40,851 bases of DNA from Terriglobia bacterium (GCA_050745285.1 JBOGJX010000301.1:1-40851), one strand, 5' to 3'; counted from the first letter of the stretch, positions 17,951-26,044 are shown. A program made the numbers and translations. Notes: generated by a model not told the origin, from the sequence alone.

Positions 17951-18532
17951 TTACTTCAGGACCGCCCCAGCAAACGCCGCATTCACCGACGAGTTGCGGG
18001 TTGGTTGAGACACAATCTCGTTGTACTGGCTTTTGAGCTCGGATGCGCTAAGGGGTACTGTACTCATGTTTCGTTGGGCCCTCGTTTGGCCGGCGGAGAT
18101 TACCGGAAGTATTTGTATGATGGAGCTCACCTCGCTGTTAATGAGGGTCGTGATGGCCGTAATCTTCTGTACCGTGGATGGGTCTGAGACGTGAAGGGCC
18201 GCTAATAGCCCGTTCAGGTGCGTGTTGACATCCTGAAGCGCCGCATTGATCTTCTCCACGGTGGTTGCGTTCGGAGAAGATTCGTACTGATTCACCAGTT
18301 GTCTCACTAGGTTCAGGTCGGCCGAAACCTGGTTCGCAGTATTACTGATTGTCCTGAAGTCGGTTGGCGAAACGGTCTTTCCCTGAAGCAGAGAGATCGC
18401 GGTGACTAGGTTCGTGACCATCGGCAAGACTACGGGTAATATCTGTTGCGCGGCTTTGACCCACTGTGCCACGCCGCATCCGAGCAACGCCAGCGTTAAA
18501 ACGGGTATCGCTAAAAACTTCACTTTTTTCAT
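17951..18532 (-). CDS. Helical lipoprotein (possible spanin-like lysis accessory)
   Basis: MKKVKFLAIPVLTLALLG-C lipobox; AAGGA SD; amphipathic helices. Confidence 0.7.
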   Translation of the reverse strand: MKKVKFLAIPVLTLALLGCGVAQWVKAAQQILPVVLPMVTNLVTAISLLQGKTVSPTDFRTISNTANQVSADLNLVRQLVNQYESSPNATTVEKINAALQDVNTHLNGLLAALHVSDPSTVQKITAITTLINSEVSSIIQILPVISAGQTRAQRNMSTVPLSASELKSQYNEIVSQPTRNSSVNAAFAGAVLK

Positions 18533-18561
18533 CGACTTTTCCTTTCGGTTGCCTGTCATCG

Positions 18562-18672
18562 TCCCCCCTCTCCCGAAGGGAGAGGGATGTGTTTTCCGGA
18601 GACTCTGTGACCCCGCCCCCTCCCTTGGGGAGGGGAGAGGGTGCCGCGCAGCGGTGGCTGAGGGGTGAGGGT
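18562..18672. repeat. CCCTCTCCC..GGGAGAGGG palindromic intergenic repeat
   Basis: ccccctctcccgaagggagaggg ... ggggagagggtgccgcgcagcggtggctgaggggtgaggg. Confidence 0.7.
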
Positions 18673-18744
18673 CGTTAGGGACAGGCTCGCGGCATGCCTT
18701 CCGTCATCAAAAACCTGACTCATTCGCATCAAGTGTTGTAATTC

Positions 18745-18969
18745 TTAGGATTCCACTGAATCGTCACGGCACTTTGGGATGGGGCTCTGCTTTAGGTAAA
18801 GCGCCGCTCCAACAATTGCGCTCATGAGGCTGACGATGCCAAGATTCCGGAATCCATCCGCAACGCGAGGATCGAAGTGACGCGGATCGGCAATTAAGAC
18901 AGAAATAGAATTTGCCGCCGTCGAAACAATCGCTGCGAGCAATCCTTTCAGCCAAACCCTCCACCTCAT
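18745..18969 (-). CDS. Holin-like small membrane protein
   Basis: 74 aa, two hydrophobic segments, basic N-terminus, YLKQSP end; ATGA overlap with the upstream ORF. Confidence 0.6.
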   Translation of the reverse strand: MRWRVWLKGLLAAIVSTAANSISVLIADPRHFDPRVADGFRNLGIVSLMSAIVGAALYLKQSPIPKCRDDSVES

Positions 18970-19223
18970 CGTTGCACCCGCGAATCAACTTTTGGCCGGC
19001 CATCTTTTCCCGTTGGCCGCCCGGCCGTATCAATGTTTTCTTTGACCACATCAGGGGCTGCAGCTAGCTCATGTTCTGCGGCTTGCGCCACGCCTTCCGC
19101 TGCATTCACGATCTTGTGAACGGCTTCGGCCGCCCCTTTGCCTACCTCAAGTCCAATGGCCTTCGCATCGCGAGCGATTTTGTTGATGTCTTCCTTCAAT
19201 CTGTTCGCATGTAAAACTGACAT
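18966..19223 (-). CDS. Hypothetical Ala-rich helical protein
   Basis: 85 aa, AGGAGG SD, translationally coupled to the holin-like gene. Confidence 0.6.
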   Translation of the reverse strand: MSVLHANRLKEDINKIARDAKAIGLEVGKGAAEAVHKIVNAAEGVAQAAEHELAAAPDVVKENIDTAGRPTGKDGRPKVDSRVQR

Positions 19224-19242
19224 CGTTTTCCTCCTGGATGAC

Positions 19243-19400
19243 CTAGCAAGATGCTGAAGAATTGTTTGGAAGGGCGGGGTTTCAACCCCGCCGGAAAGAC
19301 AGCAAAAATAACCCTCTTATTTTCTTTATCGTGTTCTGCGGCGGGGGTTAAAACCCCACCCTTCCGGTGCACGTAAAAGCGTTTTTCAGCATCTTGCTAG
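19243..19400. mobile_element. MITE-like element with perfect 16-bp TIRs enclosing an inverted REP pair
   Basis: CTAGCAAGATGCTGAA ... TTCAGCATCTTGCTAG; inner GGAAGGGCGGGGTTTCAACCCCGCCG / CGGCGGGGGTTAAAACCCCACCCTTCC. Confidence 0.78.
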
Positions 19401-19472
19401 ATGAATTGACCGCAACATCAGCGAACTGGCCGGGAAGTGATTGATCGCCCATAGCTACTTGGCCCTCCCTGT

Positions 19473-21008
19473 TCAAAGGATCGCCTCATGCAGACCCGCC
19501 AATGCGGGTTTGCCGACCACCCCTCCGACTTCGGCAAGGTGGTATACCGGTTCGCAACCGGGTGAGTCACCCGTGGCCGTCTGGCAAGCCATCTCGGCCA
19601 TCGCAAAGGCCCACCAGTGGTCGGCGTGGCCGATGGCGGCGTCATGTTCCGTGTCAAAGCGAATCTGCCCGATGGCATTTTGGGTCCTTTTAACAGAACG
19701 GAATGATGCGCGGATTCTCTCGTCATCGGGAATCCGGACCTTGTTTTCTTCCATCCTCCGGCGGGCACGAACCGCCAGAGCCTCCTTCGTTGCTTGCGTA
19801 AACTGGATTCCCTCAACCCTTCCAGGAAATTCGCGCTGTAGTTGTTCTGCGACGGCGAGACCCATGCCCGATTGGTCGATGTCGATCCGGCGTATGAACC
19901 GCATCAGGGACCGGGCCTGGCTTACTTGATCCGGAGTAGGCGTATTGCGCATCTCGATGACCCCTCGGGTCCAGGTAACGTCTCCAACCAGTTCGCTGAG
20001 CCATATCACGCTCAGATCACGATTTCGTGCGATGTCCCATCCAGCGAATAGACCGCCGCTTTCGCGGGGATGACCGTCCCGGCCGCTGTCATTCCTGCGA
20101 AGGCAGGAATCCAGTGATATGTCCGTCCCGCTGACGTAATCAGCGAAATCAGCGGACGACTTGGGATCAACGCAAGATTGCAGGAGACTTGCGCTAATCC
20201 ATTCACTCGCCGAGGTTATAAACTCGCAGCAAAACTCCTGCCGCCATGTTTCGTCGTCTACTCCGGTCTTGAGTTGATCCAGATTGACTTTCAATCCCTG
20301 CTCGACCGCGTCGTAGATCGACGTCTTGTGGGCGGACCACTTGTTGCCTGTCGCGCGCACGCCGTCAACTAAGCCGGCCGCCTTGGCAATTTCGAAATAT
20401 TTGCCTTGCTGGCCGTTCGGGGTGGAAATCAGCTCCAGTCCGTGCCCTCGCGTCGTGATCGGATATAGCGCCGTGTATATCTTTTCTGCGTCGCCGTGAA
20501 AGGCGAATTCATCGAGCGAGACGTTTCCCGTATACCCGCGCGCCGTGTCTGGGTTCGCCGGCAAGCCGTAGATCACCGAACCATTGGGGAAGCGCACTTC
20601 AAGCTGTTTCATCAGCGTTCCCTCAAAAAACTGAGATTCGTTCATATGGCTCACGATGCCGCAGGATTGGATGTGCTCCTGGACCTTTTCCATGAGCATC
20701 CGGGACTGGCGCTCCCCCTTCGAGAGGAAGACCCAGGTTGTACGCCGTTCCAGGCATCGGAGAACCGCTCGTAACGTGGAAGAAAATGAATAGCCGGTCT
20801 GCCTCCCCTTCACGACGATCTTGAGCGGCGAATTGTCCTCAACCCAACGAACTTGGTACGGCAGCAACTGCACGAACACTTTGGGAACTGCAGGCGGACT
20901 CACCTCGATCTGAGCCTCATCCGTCAGGAAGGGCGCGGGGCGTCTGCGTGATGATGCAGCCGCACGCCCGGTCCTCGCAGGATTGTCACGCACTTTATGT
21001 ATCGCCAC
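19473..21008 (-). CDS. terL: Terminase large subunit (Mu gp28-like)
   Basis: LLPYQ, Walker A KGRQTGYS, TARGYTG, Walker B LDEFAFH, STPNG, QEFCCEF, nuclease GWDIAR / IDQSGMG / HADHWWA; GTG start at 21008 inferred from overlap with the upstream gene. Confidence 0.92.
   Translation of the reverse strand: MAIHKVRDNPARTGRAAASSRRRPAPFLTDEAQIEVSPPAVPKVFVQLLPYQVRWVEDNSPLKIVVKGRQTGYSFSSTLRAVLRCLERRTTWVFLSKGERQSRMLMEKVQEHIQSCGIVSHMNESQFFEGTLMKQLEVRFPNGSVIYGLPANPDTARGYTGNVSLDEFAFHGDAEKIYTALYPITTRGHGLELISTPNGQQGKYFEIAKAAGLVDGVRATGNKWSAHKTSIYDAVEQGLKVNLDQLKTGVDDETWRQEFCCEFITSASEWISASLLQSCVDPKSSADFADYVSGTDISLDSCLRRNDSGRDGHPRESGGLFAGWDIARNRDLSVIWLSELVGDVTWTRGVIEMRNTPTPDQVSQARSLMRFIRRIDIDQSGMGLAVAEQLQREFPGRVEGIQFTQATKEALAVRARRRMEENKVRIPDDERIRASFRSVKRTQNAIGQIRFDTEHDAAIGHADHWWAFAMAEMACQTATGDSPGCEPVYHLAEVGGVVGKPALAGLHEAIL
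20056..20114. repeat. Inverted pair of GTCATTCCYGCGAAGGCRGGAATCC-type repeats, in frame inside terL
   Basis: CCGCTTTCGCGGGGATGAC (20056-20074) and GTCATTCCTGCGAAGGCAGGAATCCAG (20088-20114). Confidence 0.8.
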
Positions 21009-21702
21009 GCAGCCCTTCGCTGTTGCTAGTGTCCGAATTGGGGACCGAAACAATTCCGTAAATCTCGTGGATTTGCCGGATGATCTCAGGCCCAAGTATT
21101 TTGTCCTCGCCATTTCGCTCCAGGGCCTGCTGGAGGTGAGATAATTTAGTCCGGATTAATTCTTGCTTGGTCTCCTCCGCCCTTAGCCTGGCGGCGAGCA
21201 CCTTCTTGTCCATGGCAAACTTCTCGATGCGAAGACGGGAAGCCTCTTCCTTAAGGCTCTGATTTGCATGCTGGTCCTTAACACGGATCGCCTGTTGGAG
21301 GCTTGAGGACACGCTGCGCCGGTTCACTCCCATCAGGCCCGTAATAAGCACGGCCTCAGCAAGTTCCGTGTGCCCCGATTTCGGGTCGGTGAGAGCTTCC
21401 CTCAGAACTTTTGCTGTTTGTAGCTGCCGCTTGATCCGCTCCTTCTGAATGTCCAGATCCGACCGGAAATAGCTCTCGATCGCCCGCAGAGGGATGGAAG
21501 TGTCTCCCGATTCTGCAATCGCTTCTACGACGTCTTCGAACGTGGCCCCATCCACCAACATCTGCCGCACTAAATCCCGAAGTTCTGGCGGAAGCCCCGG
21601 GACGTTTCTGTAAGCGGGTTGATGCTTTGGCGTCTTGGCTTTCTTCGGCCGCGCGTTCGTTTTCGTATTGATTACTGTCGGACAGCGTTTTTTACTTCCC
21701 AT
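20995..21702 (-). CDS. Putative terminase small subunit (Mu gp27 / DUF3486-like)
   Basis: LPPELRDLVRQMLVDGATFEDV..IPLRAIESY HTH-like start; coiled coil; PEIIRQIHEIYGI end; lies between the gp26-like gene and terL; TAATG coupling. Confidence 0.78.
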   Translation of the reverse strand: MGSKKRCPTVINTKTNARPKKAKTPKHQPAYRNVPGLPPELRDLVRQMLVDGATFEDVVEAIAESGDTSIPLRAIESYFRSDLDIQKERIKRQLQTAKVLREALTDPKSGHTELAEAVLITGLMGVNRRSVSSSLQQAIRVKDQHANQSLKEEASRLRIEKFAMDKKVLAARLRAEETKQELIRTKLSHLQQALERNGEDKILGPEIIRQIHEIYGIVSVPNSDTSNSEGLRGDT

Positions 21703-22016
21703 TACTTTCCAGGCTCCAAGTAAATGCCTTCGTCTGACGGAAGCCGCCCGTCACAATAGTCGATTCCGCGTGCCGTAATCTTTACTAGAGACACATTCCG
21801 ATGGGTGTGCGGCCCCCGCACCCCCTCAACCGAGACCAGGCTCTTTTCAGCAAGATAGGCCACATGAAAATTCAGATCTTCAATGGAAACTGGATAACCA
21901 AAGAAGTCGAGCTCTCCTTGAAGCAAGGGCAATGTGGCGGACTGCGGATAGATCAAGCCTAGGTAGTAGAGAATCTTTCCGCGAATAACTTCCTTATGAC
22001 GAAGCGTCGTGGTCAT
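21702..22016 (-). CDS. Mu gp26-like winged-helix protein
   Basis: 104 aa from ATG 22016 with GAGGA SD; RGKILYYL..GYPVS..YLAEKSLV..KITARGID..DG....EGI pattern; precedes the TerS-like gene as in Mu. Confidence 0.72.
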   Translation of the reverse strand: MTTTLRHKEVIRGKILYYLGLIYPQSATLPLLQGELDFFGYPVSIEDLNFHVAYLAEKSLVSVEGVRGPHTHRNVSLVKITARGIDYCDGRLPSDEGIYLEPGK

Positions 22017-22082
22017 GCGTACATTCCTCGGGTGCATAAGCCCGGCGCGCCGGTCAAAAGAAGAACGCCGCGTCCGGGAACC

Positions 22083-22124
22083 TTTATAGCAGTACAATCG
22101 GAATAGCCGGCTATTTGTAGCCGG
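22083..22124 (-). promoter_or_regulatory. Candidate late promoter: extended -10 plus palindromic operator over the -35 position
   Basis: Minus strand TG-C-TATAAA (22091-22083); perfect palindrome AATAGCCGGCTATT (22102-22115); no consensus -35. Confidence 0.45.
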
Positions 22125-22449
22125 AGCGGACGGCCTTGGCCTTGATCGCCAATGCTCGCAAGGTCGCCGCCGCTCCGACCTTTGCGTGCCCTCCCTCGAA
22201 GAGTCACGCAAGACTTGGCCGATGACCGGACGAATCGCGTTCTTCCGGCGGAAATGGAGTGAGTGGAAGTCCATACCTTCTCGGACTGGTGTAAGCCACG
22301 AACACTCCCCTAGGCTCCGGCCTCAAGTTCCGCCACTCGACCCACAGGCCAGATGGCTGCGGCCTAGGCGAAACGGCTTTTGCAATCGGCTCTAAAACAA
22401 TTTCTCTCACGCCCTTATCGTTTCTCGTTCCAAGGCAGCGTTGATCCGG

Positions 22450-23244
22450 CTAAGTCCCACGCGTCCCCGGACCATCCGGCATCTGATTCATAATCTGGCG
22501 ATAGACCGGCATTCTTCGCATTCCCATCGCCACGTATGCTGGATTGAAAGTGTTCCCGTCAGGGCGCCCCGTGTTCCAGCAGCGGAACAGGGGCTCGAAG
22601 TCGCAGGACAATCTCAAGTGAAACTGCCGGGCGAATTCGGTTAGAAGCTCGACAGCAAACTGAAAATGAAACTGTGGATCGAGCAACGCCTGAATGCGCG
22701 CCTTCCGGCCTATTACGTGATAGCCCATGATTTGGGTAAAGCCCCAAGAAGTCGATAATTCCCGCAATCCGCGGTCCTGCTGTTCCGCAGCTTGTTTCGC
22801 CATACCATCACGGGAACCCTGCGTCACCGTCAGCGCCTCAGTCAGGTCCTCTCGGAGCGCCATATCTTCCTGGAGCGCCGAAGAGAGCTGCTTCTGTCCA
22901 ATGCTCCCAAAAGCGGGAAGCTGGCCATTCGCCACCGCCTTCAAACGTCCGTAAACCCGAGCCTCAAAGCACGTGGCGTTGGGATTGCCGCTCGATTCGT
23001 TAGCGGTCAACGCACCGAGGAATTCCGCGGGCATGGAAAACCCGCGGATAGCCCGGATAATGTGACAATGGCACTTGTCATACACCCGCTCGACGACGAT
23101 GCGATCGATCTCCGGCTCGTCCATCGCAAGATGACCTGGCCTGCTCTGCCACCCGGCTTCCAACCCGCACGCATCGGGGATGCGCGCTTCAACTCCCACG
23201 GCTTTCATCGGCGGCCCCTTCCGATCTCCGTACCCGTTACTCAC
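22450..23244 (-). CDS. Lysozyme-fold lysin (N-acetylmuramidase / SLT-like)
   Basis: ANESSG (putative catalytic Glu), FEARVY, STSWGFTQIMGYH, WNTG; true start uncertain. Confidence 0.78.
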   Translation of the reverse strand: MSNGYGDRKGPPMKAVGVEARIPDACGLEAGWQSRPGHLAMDEPEIDRIVVERVYDKCHCHIIRAIRGFSMPAEFLGALTANESSGNPNATCFEARVYGRLKAVANGQLPAFGSIGQKQLSSALQEDMALREDLTEALTVTQGSRDGMAKQAAEQQDRGLRELSTSWGFTQIMGYHVIGRKARIQALLDPQFHFQFAVELLTEFARQFHLRLSCDFEPLFRCWNTGRPDGNTFNPAYVAMGMRRMPVYRQIMNQMPDGPGTRGT

Positions 23245-23492
23245 AAACCAACAGTAGCAGGTCTAAGTGAGACGAAGGCGACAGACGGGACAGATGAGAG
23301 TATTTATTTCACGGGTTGCGTTGCCGGGCGGGATAGGACAATGGAGGTGCCCTGAGAGATAGGTCTCAGCCTTCAAGATGCGGATGGAGGACGATCCCAT
23401 GTGTCGATAAGGCGAGCGCCTCAGTGCAGCGTGATTCGAAGGAAGGCCGGCATCCCCGGGAGTTGCGCGTCCGGGCCAAGGCAAACGGTGCC

Positions 23493-24914
23493 CTAACTCG
23501 CCGAGGTCGTTCTCGCGGCGGCGGACCTCCCGAGATTCCCCGACCACGACTCAAAGGCCCGGCCAGACCTTTCATCGTCCTTGAAGAAGGCAAGATAGGT
23601 CATGGTATTGTATCCGGCAAACGACTCACGCCCAGGCTGAAAACGAGCGAGTTCGTAGACGGGCCGCCATGTTCCGGAGTTGAAATAAATCTGAGTTCCT
23701 GAATCATCCGTAGCGGGCGTGGAGTCCAGAGGGACCATCTCGTGCCTATGAATGTGCCCATAGACGATGTACCGCGCCTGGCGTCGTCTAAACGCTTTCT
23801 CCCGGAGAGCGTAACGGCAATAGGATTGCTTCTGTGTTACGGTCCTTGCCCCGAGCCAGCGGAGAAGCCGGCTGCTTCCGGGCAGAAGCGCCCTTTTTGA
23901 CATTCTCAGAACGAGCCGCAGCTTCTCCGCGGGAACACAGCAGCGCTGGGTTTTGAGATGATCACGGACAAACGGAAGGCGCAGGAAACAGTCTGTCACC
24001 TCATTCCAAACTTGTTGAACCTCGCGATGCACGCGCAGATCGGGGCAGGTCTTTCGCAGCATTCCCCCCAGCCACACGGGCGCCATGAGAAGGGGCCGCA
24101 CGTTATCAATGTCATTGAGGCCCCCGAGAAATCGGAGCGGAAGTGACTTGCTGAGCTGCGCCTGAACCTCCGAGACAAACCTTGTGACCAGATCGATGAC
24201 GATGGCGTCTCCAAGGGAGGAAGCGTCACGGTCCCCTTCATAGTTGAAGGGATCAAAAATATCTCCGTGACGTGCGAAGACGTGGTGCTGCTCAAACACC
24301 TCCCGGATCGTGGCCGCGGCCGGCTCTCCCGGATCATGGGGAAAGGGTTGCGTGGCGTCGTTTTCCAATCCGAGAGCCCCAATAAGCTTGCGGCGAATTC
24401 CGTTGTAGGGTGTGTAGGGCAGATGAAAATACCAATCATGATTGCCAACCATGTAGTGGATTCGCACTCGCACGGAGGCTCGCCCGTATTCCTGCTCTAC
24501 GCCCCTGGCCACCGCGGGCCTGCCATCTCGCGTTGCGCGGGGGACAGTTGCAATGGAGGTGCTATGCATCTCCCGCATCAATGAAAAAAAAGTGGCATTC
24601 CTTTTGAGAATGGCGTCGGTAATTGCCCCGATTTTCCTTACGTACCGTGGATCCTGTGGATCACTCCAAGGTCTCACCGTCTCCACTTGCCCGTCGCCGC
24701 TTCGTAGCCATTGGGAAGATCGAAGGACGTCAATAATATCCCCGAGCAAGACGATCGTGAGTGTCTCGATGGGCCGGTATGTTCCGTCAGGACGCCATGA
24801 GGCGGCATAAGCCAGGCCGCGTAGTCTTTCGCGGAAGACGCGCAGCGTGCCCTGATGCACGGTTTCTCCCGCACTCCCATCTGTGAGGTGGATGTCACTG
24901 ATGATGACTAGCAT
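23493..24914 (-). CDS. Calcineurin-like metallophosphoesterase
   Basis: ISDIH, LGDIID, GNHD, HG, GHIH, NSGTW motifs. Confidence 0.85.
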   Translation of the reverse strand: MLVIISDIHLTDGSAGETVHQGTLRVFRERLRGLAYAASWRPDGTYRPIETLTIVLLGDIIDVLRSSQWLRSGDGQVETVRPWSDPQDPRYVRKIGAITDAILKRNATFFSLMREMHSTSIATVPRATRDGRPAVARGVEQEYGRASVRVRIHYMVGNHDWYFHLPYTPYNGIRRKLIGALGLENDATQPFPHDPGEPAAATIREVFEQHHVFARHGDIFDPFNYEGDRDASSLGDAIVIDLVTRFVSEVQAQLSKSLPLRFLGGLNDIDNVRPLLMAPVWLGGMLRKTCPDLRVHREVQQVWNEVTDCFLRLPFVRDHLKTQRCCVPAEKLRLVLRMSKRALLPGSSRLLRWLGARTVTQKQSYCRYALREKAFRRRQARYIVYGHIHRHEMVPLDSTPATDDSGTQIYFNSGTWRPVYELARFQPGRESFAGYNTMTYLAFFKDDERSGRAFESWSGNLGRSAAARTTSAS

Positions 24915-25079
24915 TCTGGCTCCTTGGATATACATGGCAGGGAGAACGCGCGGCCTTCAAAAGAATCCCAGCGGAACACATTGTAAAGCATCGCAGGAGG
25001 CTAAGGGAGACAGGTGAGACAGATGAGACAGATTATTTGCGGGGCGTCAAATGGCGCTCTAAAACGGGCGGGGACCGCT

Positions 25080-25931
25080 CTAGCGGCTGCGCTGTTTTCG
25101 CGGGCGGGGCTGGCAATCCGGGCAAAAATGGCTGCTCCGCCCGCTAATGGTCACGCGCTGGATGCGCGCGCCGCACCGGCGGCAGGGTAGGCCGGTGCGG
25201 CGATATGCGCGTAGCAGGGGCTCGAACCTCCCGGCGTTTCCCTCGACATCAATGTAATCGCGGAAGCTGGTGCCCTGCAAGTTCACCGCGCGCCGAAGCA
25301 CCTTGTGAATGGCGCGATACAGCAGATGGCGTTGAAGCTTGCGAATACGGCCGGCCGGCGTCTGTGGGTGGATACGCGCCTCAAAAAGAGCTTCGTCGGC
25401 GTAAATATTTCCGAGCCCCGCCAGCATCTGCTGGTTCAGTAGCCAGGCTTTCACCGCGCCATTGCGGCCTCGGATGGCATCATCGAATTCGCCTTCTGAA
25501 ATTTCGAGAGCATCGGGGCCCAGGGAATTGAAAACGCCTCGTGCCTCTGCCGTGGTGCAGCATCGAAGCATTCCAAAACGCCGGGGATCGCGAAACCGGA
25601 GTTCTTCTACTCCGCCCTCCAGGATCATTCGAACATGGGTGTGAGGCAGGAGGGGGGCCCCTGTTTCCGCGATCACAAGTTGTCCGGTCATGCCCAGGCG
25701 GATGATTAGATGATGTGGAGGGCCACCGTCCTTAGAATGCAATTCAATGGCGAGCGTCTTCCCTTTGCGACAGAGACGGGCAACCCGGCGGCCTTCGATC
25801 TCCCCGCAGAAGCGCATGGTGTCTCCGCGAATAACCTGCGGGCGGGCCAGCACGACAGTTGATATCATCTGCCCCAGAAGACGGCGTTCCAATCCCCGTC
25901 GAACGGTTTCCACTTCAGGAAGTTCTGGCAT
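25080..25931 (-). CDS. mutM: Formamidopyrimidine-DNA glycosylase
   Basis: MPELPEVET, DPRRFG, GLGNIYADE, C-terminal C4 zinc finger. Confidence 0.97.
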   Translation of the reverse strand: MPELPEVETVRRGLERRLLGQMISTVVLARPQVIRGDTMRFCGEIEGRRVARLCRKGKTLAIELHSKDGGPPHHLIIRLGMTGQLVIAETGAPLLPHTHVRMILEGGVEELRFRDPRRFGMLRCCTTAEARGVFNSLGPDALEISEGEFDDAIRGRNGAVKAWLLNQQMLAGLGNIYADEALFEARIHPQTPAGRIRKLQRHLLYRAIHKVLRRAVNLQGTSFRDYIDVEGNAGRFEPLLRAYRRTGLPCRRCGARIQRVTISGRSSHFCPDCQPRPRKQRSR

Positions 25932-26044
25932 AAAAAGGCTGCGGTAAATACTCCGGAAGAATGGCGGGTGGAGGCTATGGCCGGCGTGCAGGATCGGTCA
26001 AACCGTCAACCGGTTCTCTGATCAGACGCTCATGTGGAGGGCCG

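Larger units (their letters stand above)
1154..23244 (-). mobile_element. Phage-derived virion structural + lysis gene cluster lacking early genes (candidate domesticated prophage / GTA-like locus)
   Basis: About 24 co-oriented ORFs in lysin-packaging-head-tail order; no integrase, transposase, repressor or replication ORF recognised; host genes on both sides. Confidence 0.85.

Noticed and set aside
22204..22410. 68-aa minus-strand ORF between lysin and gp26-like gene
   Set aside because: Pro/Arg-rich with no recognisable motif and a weak SD; could be real but cannot be supported
1154..23244. Complete inducible prophage (Mu-like or integrase-type)
   Set aside because: No transposase, integrase, repressor or replication ORF, and I found no att repeats or Mu-type ends at either border. 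A decayed remnant cannot be fully excluded from one genome.
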